Assembly (NCBI GenBank): GCA_020635355.1
Contig: JACJZW010000001.1
Span: 256,428 to 320,427 of the forward strand
DNA length: 64,000 nucleotides
Origin: Flavobacteriales bacterium
Lineage (GTDB): Bacteria; Bacteroidota; Bacteroidia; NS11-12g; UBA9320
Direction of reading: 5' to 3'
Positions 1-8,851 of the stretch are shown here, in pieces. The notes under the pieces are model-generated. The model was not told where the DNA came from, did not search any database, and was given only the letters and a program-made list of their open reading frames with translations. Numbering within the stretch: the first letter of the stretch is position 1; each line of letters starts with the position of its first letter. The position numbers were made by a program, and so were the translations under genes.

Positions 1-265
1 ATTCGCGAATGGTGGTGTTATCACCGATTTCAACGGTGGTGTGCTCGCCCTCAAATTTCAAATCCTGTGGAATAGCTGAAATAACAGCACCGGGAAAAAT
101 CCGGCAATTTTTACCGATCCGTGCCCCTTCCATTATGGTCACATTGGATCCAATCCAGGTTCCTTCTCCGATCTCAACATCCTTATGGATGGTTACGAAG
201 GGCTCAATTACCACATTATTGGCAATTTTTGCCTCTGGATTGACGTAAGCTAGGGGCTGAATCAT
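1..265 (-). CDS. lpxA: UDP-N-acetylglucosamine O-acyltransferase LpxA, N-terminal portion (gene runs off the window start; open-ended so absent from ORF track)
   Basis: Minus-strand translation from ATG (cat at 263-265) reads MIQPLAYVNPEAKIANNVVIEPFVTIHKDVEIGEGTWIGSNVTIMEGARIGKNCRIFPGAVISAIPQDLKFEGEH... with left-handed beta-helix hexapeptide repeats. It lies immediately downstream of lpxC-fabZ, the usual Bacteroidota order. The listed + ORF 9..248 is its antisense frame. Confidence 0.8.
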   Translation of the reverse strand, partial: MIQPLAYVNPEAKIANNVVIEPFVTIHKDVEIGEGTWIGSNVTIMEGARIGKNCRIFPGAVISAIPQDLKFEGEHTTVEIGDNTTIRE

Positions 266-279
266 ACGGGCAAAAATAT

Positions 280-1698
280 TTATTTATTCTCTACGATTTG
301 AGCCATCATATCGGCTTCACATACCAAACGGTCTCCAACGTACGCCTCACCGTGCATTAAACACAGTCCGCGACGAATAGGGGCGGTTAATTCCATCTTA
401 ATAATCAGGCTGTCGCCAGGCACTACCTTGCCCTTAAACTTGGCGTTCTCAATTTTGACGAAATAGGTACTCCAGGCTTCCGGATTTTCTTTGTCGTGTA
501 ATACCAGAACGCCTCCGGCTTGCGCCATCGCCTCCAGCTGCAATACGCCGGGCATCAATGGTTCACCCTGGAAGTGACCCTGAAAGAAGTATTGATCGCC
601 GGTAATATTCTTTACAGCTGTGATAATCTTTTCGTTGATCTGTACAATCTTATCAACCAACAGAAAAGGGAAGGAGTGAGGCAGAATTTTCTCAATCTGC
701 TGATAGTTAAAGATCGGTTCTGCGTTCGGGTTGTAACGCGGAATATTTTTCATTCGTTGCTGCTCCTTTATGGATTTCAGCATGATCTTCCGAATCTTCT
801 TCGCAAACTCCACGTTGGCCGCATGACCGGGACGGGCTGCCATGATCTGAGCCTTCATTGGCATACCAACCAATGCCAAATCCCCAACCATGTCCAGCAG
901 CTTGTGTCGTGCCGGCTCGTTTTGAAAACGCAATTCAACATTGTTAAGAATGCCTTCTTTCTTCACCTCAACCTTGGGCTTGTTAAACAACTTCGCCAAT
1001 GAATCAAGCTCATTGTCTTCAATTACCCGGTCCACGATCACAATGGCGTTGTTCAAATCACCACCTTTAATGAGATTGTTGTCAAGCAGCATCTCCAACT
1101 CATGCAGGAAACAGAAGGTGCGGCAGCTTGAAATCTCGTCGCCAAATTCACTTAGGCTACTGATGGAGGCATGCTGACTCCCCAACACCGGTGAGTTATA
1201 GTCGATCATCACCGTTAACCGATAATCGTCTAACGGCATGGCTACCATCTCCACGCCTCGTTCTTCTTCTGCGTAGCTGATGTTATAAGGCACCACAAAA
1301 TACTCGCGCTCCTTGCTTTGTTCCACAATGCCCACCTTGCGCAACATGTCCACGAATGGTCTGGAAGATCCATCCATAATAGGCGTTTCTGCCGCATCCA
1401 GTTGAATCAATACATTATCGATTTCCAATCCGGCCAGCGCAGCCAACACATGTTCAATGGTGTTTACCTTTCCACCGTTTTGTTCCAAGGTAGTTCCTCT
1501 GGAAACATCGGTTACGTTTTCTGCTAATGCTTCAATGATGGGCTGCCCGTCCAGATCTATTCGCTGAAACTTGTAGCCATGATCCTCCGGTGCAGGCATG
1601 AAGGTCATATTCACCGGTTTACCGGTATGCAATCCAACACCACTAACCGTAAAGGATTCTTTAATCGTGGTTTGAAGTTTTTCCATATCAACGCTCAT
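280..1698 (-). CDS. lpxC-fabZ: Bifunctional UDP-3-O-acyl-N-acetylglucosamine deacetylase (LpxC) / 3-hydroxyacyl-ACP dehydratase (FabZ) fusion
   Basis: 472 aa. The N-terminal half is LpxC-like (GVGLHTGKPV..., HVLAALAGLEIDN). The C-terminal about 150 aa is a FabZ hotdog domain (ITGDQYFFQGHFQGEPLMPGVLQLEAMAQ). Alternative start MEKLQ lies 12 nt downstream; the listed start overlaps the lpxD stop by 11 nt. Confidence 0.9.
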   Translation of the reverse strand: MSVDMEKLQTTIKESFTVSGVGLHTGKPVNMTFMPAPEDHGYKFQRIDLDGQPIIEALAENVTDVSRGTTLEQNGGKVNTIEHVLAALAGLEIDNVLIQLDAAETPIMDGSSRPFVDMLRKVGIVEQSKEREYFVVPYNISYAEEERGVEMVAMPLDDYRLTVMIDYNSPVLGSQHASISSLSEFGDEISSCRTFCFLHELEMLLDNNLIKGGDLNNAIVIVDRVIEDNELDSLAKLFNKPKVEVKKEGILNNVELRFQNEPARHKLLDMVGDLALVGMPMKAQIMAARPGHAANVEFAKKIRKIMLKSIKEQQRMKNIPRYNPNAEPIFNYQQIEKILPHSFPFLLVDKIVQINEKIITAVKNITGDQYFFQGHFQGEPLMPGVLQLEAMAQAGGVLVLHDKENPEAWSTYFVKIENAKFKGKVVPGDSLIIKMELTAPIRRGLCLMHGEAYVGDRLVCEADMMAQIVENK

Positions 1699-2761
1699 CT
1701 TGCGTGTTTTCGTTCTGTTCCAATGATTGCTTTATCTTCTCCGTAGTGCGCTCAAGTTGTTTGATTTTGCTGCGCATCTCAGGGAGATTCTGTATGATCA
1801 AAATGGTTCGAAGGGCATCCTTCAACGGCATAACCGGACTTCCAAACCACTGCGTATTTTCCTCTTCGATATCCCGGTTCAATCCACTTTGAGCACCCAC
1901 CTGCGTTCCGCTAGCTACTTTCAAATGGCCGGCAAATCCCACTTGTCCGCCAATCACACAGCGCTCACCCAACGTAGTACTTCCTGAAATTCCCGATTGA
2001 CCGGCTATAACCGTATGGGCTCCAATTTCAACGTTATGTGCCACCTGAATTAAATTATCCAATCGGCAGCCATCACCAATTCGAGTGCTTCCCAAGGTTG
2101 CGCGATCAATGGAGCAGTTGGAACCTATTTCCACCTTGCTTCCAATAATCACATTACCAATCTGAGGGATTTTAATATATGAACCGTCCTTTTGAGGGGC
2201 GTGTCCAAAGCCATCACTTCCAATCACGGTGCCGGAGTGAATGATAACTTCATCGCCAATCCGGGAATCGTAATAGATGGATACGTTGGAGTAGATGATG
2301 CAATTATTGCCCAGCGTGCTACCAGCACCAACATAGCTATTCGGATAGATTTTGGTGCCATCACCAACGGTAACATGATCATCGATCACCACATTGGGTC
2401 CTAGGTACACGTCCTTTCCTATGGAGGCAGTTTCAGCAACCGTTGCCGAAGGATGAATGCCTGATTTGGAAACGGCAGGATTAAAGTATCGGTTCAGAAC
2501 CTGACAAAATCCCAGATATGGATCGTCCGTGCGAATGAAGGTCTTGTCGGATGAAGAATCTATTTCCTGTTCCCGATTGATCAGAATCACATCGGCTGAT
2601 GTGGTTTGAAGATGATCCACGTATTTCACGTTCGCCAGAAAGGTCAATGACCCCGGTAAACCCTGATCAATTTTGGAAATTCCCATGAAATATTCACGTG
2701 GTTTCCCCTCGATCGATCCCCCAAGAAAATCCGCAACCTCGGTAACCGAAAGCTTTGTCAA
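1688..2761 (-). CDS. lpxD: UDP-3-O-(3-hydroxyacyl)glucosamine N-acyltransferase LpxD
   Basis: 357 aa with an N-terminal LpxD domain and long hexapeptide-repeat beta-helix (IGDEVIIHSGTVIGSDGFG..., VEIGSNCSIDRA...). It starts with TTG (caa at 2759-2761; ORF track shows M for alternative starts). Sits in the lpxD - lpxC/fabZ - lpxA cluster. Confidence 0.85.
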   Translation of the reverse strand: MTKLSVTEVADFLGGSIEGKPREYFMGISKIDQGLPGSLTFLANVKYVDHLQTTSADVILINREQEIDSSSDKTFIRTDDPYLGFCQVLNRYFNPAVSKSGIHPSATVAETASIGKDVYLGPNVVIDDHVTVGDGTKIYPNSYVGAGSTLGNNCIIYSNVSIYYDSRIGDEVIIHSGTVIGSDGFGHAPQKDGSYIKIPQIGNVIIGSKVEIGSNCSIDRATLGSTRIGDGCRLDNLIQVAHNVEIGAHTVIAGQSGISGSTTLGERCVIGGQVGFAGHLKVASGTQVGAQSGLNRDIEEENTQWFGSPVMPLKDALRTILIIQNLPEMRSKIKQLERTTEKIKQSLEQNENTQDER

Positions 2762-2769
2762 ATTCGCCG

Positions 2770-2788
2770 TTTTGTGGCAAAAGTAAGA
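2770..2788 (-). promoter_or_regulatory. Putative Bacteroidota sigma-A -7 element (TACTTTTG, fits TAnnTTTG) about 10 nt upstream of the lpxD TTG start. It is part of a 17-nt motif TTACTTTTGCCRCAAAA shared with the serC upstream region.
   Basis: Reverse complement of 2770-2788 is TTACTTTTGCCACAAAACG. A near-identical TTACTTTTGCCGCAAAA precedes serC at 28671-28687. Confidence 0.35.
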
Positions 2789-4009
2789 CTATTTTGGCGT
2801 ACACAGGAAATACTTTCTGACCACGCGATTGGGGCTCGAAAAGTTGTAATTATCAGAGGCGTGAACCAGGTCCATCAGCTCTCCATTCTTACGATTGATC
2901 AGTATTTTTTCGGAATTGGAATCGTAGGCCTCATTGGCTGCCAACCCACTGTAAACCAGAAATGAACAGTCCTCTTCGGTCCAATTAAATCGCCCACTCA
3001 GCTGTTTTATTTCTGCGTCCTTTTGTTCGTCACTAAACGGCGTTTCCTGAAATCGTGTAGCGGGCAATTTGCGGTTGATCAAACTGTTGCAGAGGTAGGC
3101 TAAAACCGGATCCACGTCATCCTTCCAATACTTGATACAGGCGTACAATTCAATATCATCCAATTCATTAAACCGATCTAGAATCGTGGGATCAGAACTC
3201 AATTCGTGAGCCTGTATTCGATTCTTCAGGAAATAGGCCAGTTTGGGTAACATGAACACTTCTTTTCCGCCATCCACCAGGTATCGCGCCCGGCGCATAA
3301 TGCTCAGCAATAAGCCATCCGCCGCCAAGGCTGTCTTATGCAAATAAACCTGCCAATACATCAGCCTTCGGGCAACGATGAACTTCTCAACGGAATACAC
3401 GCCTTTTTCATCAATCACCAATTGATCTTCCCGCACATTCAACATGTGAATGATGCGCTCCAACCCAACAATTCCTTCCGATACACCGGTGTAAAAACTG
3501 TCTCTGGTGAGGTAATCCAATCGGTCCATATCCAATTGAGACGACACCAATTGATGAAGAAATCGCTTGGGATACGTATCGCTGAAGATTTGAATGGCTT
3601 GTTCCAGGGCACCGTTGAACTCCCCGTTTAGGCGGTGCATATACGCCAGGGACAATTGCTCGTGATGAACTCCAATAAGAATGGTGTCCTCCAACACATG
3701 CGAAAACGGGCCATGACCAATGTCGTGTAACAGGATCGCCGCTTTGGCTGATAGCGCCTCATCCTCCGTAATCTCTACGCCTTTATTCCGCAACACCGCG
3801 ATGGCCCGATGCATCAGATGCATGGCACCAATGGCATGATGAAAACGCGTATGGGTTGCTCCCGGATACACCAATCCCGTTAAACCCAATTGCCTGATTC
3901 TACGCAACCGCTGGAAATAGGGGTGCTCGATCAGCTGGAAGATCAATTCATCATCAATGTTGATGAAACCGTAAATGGGATCGTTGATGATTTTCCGGGA
4001 TGACGCCAT
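2789..4009 (-). CDS. HD-domain metal-dependent phosphohydrolase
   Basis: 406 aa with an HD motif (LLHDIGHGPFSH) and upstream H..H residues. The position upstream of lpxD is the conserved Bacteroidota arrangement. Confidence 0.8.
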   Translation of the reverse strand: MASSRKIINDPIYGFINIDDELIFQLIEHPYFQRLRRIRQLGLTGLVYPGATHTRFHHAIGAMHLMHRAIAVLRNKGVEITEDEALSAKAAILLHDIGHGPFSHVLEDTILIGVHHEQLSLAYMHRLNGEFNGALEQAIQIFSDTYPKRFLHQLVSSQLDMDRLDYLTRDSFYTGVSEGIVGLERIIHMLNVREDQLVIDEKGVYSVEKFIVARRLMYWQVYLHKTALAADGLLLSIMRRARYLVDGGKEVFMLPKLAYFLKNRIQAHELSSDPTILDRFNELDDIELYACIKYWKDDVDPVLAYLCNSLINRKLPATRFQETPFSDEQKDAEIKQLSGRFNWTEEDCSFLVYSGLAANEAYDSNSEKILINRKNGELMDLVHASDNYNFSSPNRVVRKYFLCTPK

Positions 4010-4185
4010 GCGGCAAAATTAAGCGGGTTACACTCAAAGAGGAGGTAAGAGGAGGGAATATGCCCTAAATCGACCAGCAGTGAGTTGATCCGGCTAAAAA
4101 TTGAACAAAAAATTCCTGCGTTTATACTGCACATCCGAATATTGCAGTTGTAATCACACATCTTCAAATTATCCCTTACCAGCCA

Positions 4186-5742
4186 ATGCAAAGCTTTCAC
4201 CTTCTCTGGGCAGATGACGAAATCGAATTACTCAAACCTCACATTCTCTTCCTGGAGTCAAAGGGTTATAAACTCACCACCGTGAACAACGGCATGGATG
4301 CCATTGATCAAATCAAGGAACAACATTTTGATCTGGTTTTTCTGGACGAGAATATGCCGGGCATTTCCGGGTTAGACGCCTTAAAGGAAATCAAGGAACT
4401 GGATAAGGATCTTCCCGTAATCATGATCACCAAAAGTGAGGAGGAACACATTATGGAGGATGCCATTGGGTCCAAAATTGCCGACTACCTCATCAAGCCG
4501 GTAAACCCCAATCAAATTCTGCTCAGCATTAAACGACAACTGGATAATAAACGCTTAGTCACTCAGAGCGTGGCCAGCCGATACCAGCAGGAATTCCGAA
4601 ATATTATGATGGCTCTGATGGACCATCAGGACTTTGACGGATGGAAGAAGATGTATAAAAAACTCGTGTTTTATGAGCTCGAAATCCAGGAAAGTAATGA
4701 GACCGGAATGGAGGAAGTATTGGAGACACAGAAACTGGAGATGAACCGGGAGTTTTCGAAATATGTTCAATCCAATTACGTCGACTTTATCCAGTATGAC
4801 AACAACGAAGCACCCGTCATGTCGCATACCTTGATGCGCAAGGAGGTAGTTCCGCAGGTCTCCGATGATCAGCCGGTTTTCTTCGTGTTGATCGACAATC
4901 TTCGATACGATCAATGGAAATTTATCCAACCCATCATTTCGACGATGTTTCGGGTAGAGCGCGAAGATCTCTATCTCACCAACCTTCCAACTACGACCCA
5001 GTATTGCCGTAACAGCATTTTTGCCGGTTTGCTGCCCGCCGATATTGAAAAGCGTTTCCCTAACAAATGGAGTAATGACGAGGATGAAGGAGGTAAAAAC
5101 TTGTATGAAGAGGAGTTCTTAAACGATTTGCTCAAACGCCTACGGCGAGATGATATCAAAACAAGCTATACCAAGGTGGTTCACCTCAATCAGGGCAAGG
5201 ATCTGATCGACGATGTGCCCAACCTGTTTGACAACGATTTAAATGTGATTGTCTACAACTTTGTGGATTCACTCTCGCATGCTCGTACTGACAACAAAGT
5301 GATGCGGGAACTGGCTGAAAATGAAGCCGCTTACCGCTCTTTGACAAAGTCATGGTTTGAGCACAGTCCGCTATACGAAACCCTAAAACGCATATCCGAA
5401 CGTAAGGCGAAGGTGATCATCTCCACCGATCATGGTTCGGTTAAAGTGACTGATCCGGTTAAGGTGGTGGGTGATAAGAAAACCACGACCAACCTGCGGT
5501 ACAAAACAGGACGAAATCTCAGCTTTAACGAGAAGGAAGTGTTTCACATCAAGGATCCACAAAAAGCCGGACTTCCCGTTCAACACCTGAGTTCCAACTA
5601 CATTTTCTGCCGTAATTCAGACTTTTTTGTCTATCCCAACAACTTGAATCACTACGCTAAATACTATAAAGACACCATTCAACACGGTGGTATCAGTCTG
5701 GAAGAAATGGTGGTTCCATTGATTCATTTGGCCTCAAGATGA
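4186..5742 (+). CDS. porX: PorX-like orphan response regulator: CheY-like receiver fused to a PglZ/alkaline-phosphatase-superfamily domain (T9SS regulator family)
   Basis: 518 aa. The N-terminus is a receiver (LLWADDEIELLKP..., DLVFLDENMPGISGL, ITKSEEEH). The C-terminal about 350 aa is PglZ-like (FFVLIDNLRYDQW, STDHGSV). The domain architecture and length match the PorX family; this is a call by recognition, not a database hit. Confidence 0.7.
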   Translation: MQSFHLLWADDEIELLKPHILFLESKGYKLTTVNNGMDAIDQIKEQHFDLVFLDENMPGISGLDALKEIKELDKDLPVIMITKSEEEHIMEDAIGSKIADYLIKPVNPNQILLSIKRQLDNKRLVTQSVASRYQQEFRNIMMALMDHQDFDGWKKMYKKLVFYELEIQESNETGMEEVLETQKLEMNREFSKYVQSNYVDFIQYDNNEAPVMSHTLMRKEVVPQVSDDQPVFFVLIDNLRYDQWKFIQPIISTMFRVEREDLYLTNLPTTTQYCRNSIFAGLLPADIEKRFPNKWSNDEDEGGKNLYEEEFLNDLLKRLRRDDIKTSYTKVVHLNQGKDLIDDVPNLFDNDLNVIVYNFVDSLSHARTDNKVMRELAENEAAYRSLTKSWFEHSPLYETLKRISERKAKVIISTDHGSVKVTDPVKVVGDKKTTTNLRYKTGRNLSFNEKEVFHIKDPQKAGLPVQHLSSNYIFCRNSDFFVYPNNLNHYAKYYKDTIQHGGISLEEMVVPLIHLASR

Positions 5743-6155
5743 TTTTTGAGATTGCCGAAAGCGGCGATTTAACACCCCTTGTTGATTACCTAAAGAAGGT
5801 AGCCTTAGATCATAAAATCTTCCTGTTTCAGGGTGATCTGGGGGCAGGGAAAACTACCATTGTGAAGGCAATTGGTGCCTCTCTTGGTCTGGGAGATCAG
5901 ATGAACAGTCCTAGTTTTGGTTTGATCAACGACTATCAAACAGCTTCCGGTGACCACTTCTATCACATTGATTTATACCGGTTAGACGATCCTGCGGAAG
6001 CCTTCGACATTGGATTATTGGAGGTATTGGACAGCGGTTCAATATGCTGGATCGAATGGCCGGACATCCTCCGGGAGTTATGGCATTCCTATGATACAGT
6101 TTCGGTTCAGATCGAGGTGCTAAACGATGGCAGCCGCCGTATCTTTGTGTCGTGA
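5739..6155 (+). CDS. tsaE: tRNA threonylcarbamoyladenosine (t6A) biosynthesis ATPase TsaE
   Basis: 138 aa with Walker A GDLGAGKTT and an SPSFGLIN motif. The start overlaps the porX stop (ATGA). Confidence 0.85.
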   Translation: MIFEIAESGDLTPLVDYLKKVALDHKIFLFQGDLGAGKTTIVKAIGASLGLGDQMNSPSFGLINDYQTASGDHFYHIDLYRLDDPAEAFDIGLLEVLDSGSICWIEWPDILRELWHSYDTVSVQIEVLNDGSRRIFVS

Positions 6156-7303
6156 GATATTTTGTTAATTTACTGATTATCACATTCCTGTCGGCTTCTA
6201 CTCAAGCACAGATTTACAACCCTAATGTGGATCAGGCCTTAGATGATGCTGATTTGGCGGTGTCCTATCTCAGGACCTTCGAACAACTAGGTATAAAAGA
6301 ACCGGGATCATCCGAACTCAGTGCAACGGCAAATTGGTTAGTTGATCAATATGTAGGTTTTGGCTACTCGGATATTCGACGAGACACCTTTCACGCTCTG
6401 GGATTTGATCAACAAAATATCGTGGTTCGAAAATCGGGTCAGGTGAACGACTACGTGGTGATCGGGAGCCACTATGACACCGATAAAGGTCCAGGTGTTA
6501 ACGATAATGGTACCGGCGTTTCTGCCACCTTATTTGCCGCGGATATTTTGGTTGATTTACAGACCTATTACACCGTCTACTTCATGAATTTTGCCGGAGA
6601 AGAAGATGGCTTTTTAGGCAGTGAACATGTCGTTTACAACCTGTTGGATTCGCTCCCGGGAACCTTGCGACTGATGATTAATCTGGATCAATTGGGTGGA
6701 ACATCCGGAGGATCCGGAAATGACCGAATTTACTGTGAGCGCGATGAACTTTCCTTTCCATGGGAGAATGATCAGTCTTCGAGATTAGTCACCGATACGT
6801 TGGCCAATCTTGTCAAGCTGTATACCTCATTAGAACCCGTGTTATCGAATGCGTACAGTAGTGATTACATACCCTTTCAATCAGCGGGCTATGTGATAAC
6901 GGGCTTGTTTCAGTACAGCACCTATGTACATCGGCACACCATCCGTGATAGCTTGAATAAGGTGGATACCTTGTCGTTCATTCAAGCTGCCAGAGCAGCT
7001 GGGGCGGCCGCCATCCATTTTGCCAGGGTGCCCAAATTCATCGGTGTAAATGATGCGGTTTATCCAACCGTTCAACTATGGATGAATAAGGAGAATGAAT
7101 TATGCTGGGAACCCAACGGAATGCCCGAAAAATGGACATCTTTGCAGCTGATGAATTTAACGGGAAACGTGTTGGTGAATACTGGAATAGAACCGGGTTC
7201 TGATCGGGTTAAGATATCCGAAATACCGGGCATTTACCTGGTTAAATTTTCCAACCCAGCCGGTGAATTCCATACCCAACGTCTGATTATTCCCGGCCGT
7301 TAA
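6152..7303 (+). CDS. Secreted M28-family zinc aminopeptidase with T9SS C-terminal sorting domain
   Basis: GTG start overlapping the tsaE stop (GTGA). Signal peptide MRYFVNLLIITFLSASTQAQ. M28 signature HYDTDKGPGVNDNGTGVSATL. The C-terminal about 80 aa ends in a T9SS-CTD-like beta strand pattern (GIYLVKFSNPAGEFHTQRLII). Confidence 0.7.
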   Translation: MRYFVNLLIITFLSASTQAQIYNPNVDQALDDADLAVSYLRTFEQLGIKEPGSSELSATANWLVDQYVGFGYSDIRRDTFHALGFDQQNIVVRKSGQVNDYVVIGSHYDTDKGPGVNDNGTGVSATLFAADILVDLQTYYTVYFMNFAGEEDGFLGSEHVVYNLLDSLPGTLRLMINLDQLGGTSGGSGNDRIYCERDELSFPWENDQSSRLVTDTLANLVKLYTSLEPVLSNAYSSDYIPFQSAGYVITGLFQYSTYVHRHTIRDSLNKVDTLSFIQAARAAGAAAIHFARVPKFIGVNDAVYPTVQLWMNKENELCWEPNGMPEKWTSLQLMNLTGNVLVNTGIEPGSDRVKISEIPGIYLVKFSNPAGEFHTQRLIIPGR

Positions 7304-7306
7304 TTC

Positions 7307-8695
7307 ATGCGCATTACCCCACATGGAGCCGCTCGTCAGGTGACGGGCAGTATGTATCAGCTTGTACTGGATAGCGGTTACACCATACTGGTTGATTGCG
7401 GACTAAACTATGAGCCGGAATTCCGACGGGAAAACAATGCCCTGTTTCCATTTGATCCCAGTGAAATTGACGTTGTGTTATTGACGCATGCTCATCTGGA
7501 TCACAGTGGAAATTTACCCACGCTCTACCGCAAAGGTTTTCAGGGAAAGGTGCTGTGCACCGAACCTACGTTTGTCTTGTGTGAACTCCTTCTCTCAGAT
7601 TCGGCAACGTTGGAAGCCAAACGGGTTCAAAAGGCTTACAAACGCAAAAATCGGGAGGCCGGTGCCGGACGACTGTATGGGCATGGCGACGTACGCGATG
7701 TCACGGAAAATATGGTTACCCTGCCTTTCAATAAACCGTTTGAACTTACACCGGACGTCACACATACTTTCATTCCGGCCGGACACATTCTGGGTGCCGC
7801 TTCCATCGTATTGGACATCCGAGAGAGAGGACGGACTAAACGAGTTGTTTTTTCCGGAGACCTGGGTAATCGCGGGTCAGAAATAACGGTAGATCCACAG
7901 ATTCCGGAAAACGTAGATGTTCTATTTCTGGAAGGGACCTATGGCAACAGATTGCATCGTGACACGGGTAATGGGGAAGAGGTGCTGGAACAACACATCC
8001 GAAAAACCTGTGTGGAAGATCGGGGACGTTTACTCATCCCAGCCTTCAGCGTAGGGCGAACACAAGCCATTCTTTATACGTTAAATCGCTTGTTTCGGGA
8101 AGGGAAATTACCGCCGGTTAAGGTTTTTGCCGATAGTCCGATGGGCATTACCAGTAGTGAGATACATTCAGAATTTCATGAATACCTCAATCCGGAGACC
8201 GCTGAATTTCTGGAGACCTATCATGATTTATTTCGTTTCAAGCAACTGTATGTGATTGAGGATAAAGACGATGTAGAATTCATGGAATCCTGCAGGGAAC
8301 CCTATGTGATTGTTTCATCAGCAGGAATGCTCGAAGGCGGGCGGATTCAGAAACATGTTCGGCAAAATTTACTTCACCCGTCATCCACCATACTGATTGC
8401 CGGCTATTGTACTCCCGGAACCCTGGGCCACCAGTTGTTGGAAGGGAAAAGCCAGGTGCGGATTCAAAAACACGATGTACCGGTATTTGCCACCATTGAC
8501 CGAACCGATGCCTTTAGTGCCCATCCGGACCAAACCGGATTGGTGAACTACGCCGATTCCGTGGCAAAATCCGGAACTCCAACGGTGTTTTTAACCCATG
8601 GTGAAGAAGCCAGTTTAATGGCCTTCGGCGATGTGTTGAAATCACGGGGCATGGATGTTCATATACCGGAGATGGGAGAGGAGATCGTCGTGTAA
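7307..8695 (+). CDS. MBL-fold metallo-hydrolase of the beta-CASP RNA-metabolising subgroup
   Basis: 462 aa with HAHLDHSGNLP (HxHxDH), a later GH, and a beta-CASP-like C-terminal half ending in H (THGEE). It lies 3 nt after the M28 gene. Confidence 0.7.
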   Translation: MRITPHGAARQVTGSMYQLVLDSGYTILVDCGLNYEPEFRRENNALFPFDPSEIDVVLLTHAHLDHSGNLPTLYRKGFQGKVLCTEPTFVLCELLLSDSATLEAKRVQKAYKRKNREAGAGRLYGHGDVRDVTENMVTLPFNKPFELTPDVTHTFIPAGHILGAASIVLDIRERGRTKRVVFSGDLGNRGSEITVDPQIPENVDVLFLEGTYGNRLHRDTGNGEEVLEQHIRKTCVEDRGRLLIPAFSVGRTQAILYTLNRLFREGKLPPVKVFADSPMGITSSEIHSEFHEYLNPETAEFLETYHDLFRFKQLYVIEDKDDVEFMESCREPYVIVSSAGMLEGGRIQKHVRQNLLHPSSTILIAGYCTPGTLGHQLLEGKSQVRIQKHDVPVFATIDRTDAFSAHPDQTGLVNYADSVAKSGTPTVFLTHGEEASLMAFGDVLKSRGMDVHIPEMGEEIVV

Positions 8696-8851
8696 AACAG
8701 ACCGTTTGTAAACTCCTGTCAGAACGTCATAAAATCGTCTTCAAATGTCCATAAGTTGTTGGTATCTTGCCCCTCCAGTGCCAGTCGTGGCGGGCATTAA
8801 GGGTTAGTTTTACCGTCTTAATATCGATTAAAACGAAACCAATTTCGGAGT

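Noticed and set aside
9-248. 79-aa + strand ORF at the window start
   Set aside because: It is antisense to the real lpxA hexapeptide-repeat gene, which reads cleanly on the minus strand from ATG 265.
520-1527. Plus-strand ORFs (160, 78 and 69 aa) inside lpxC-fabZ
   Set aside because: Antisense shadows of a well-supported conserved gene. Low-complexity translations.
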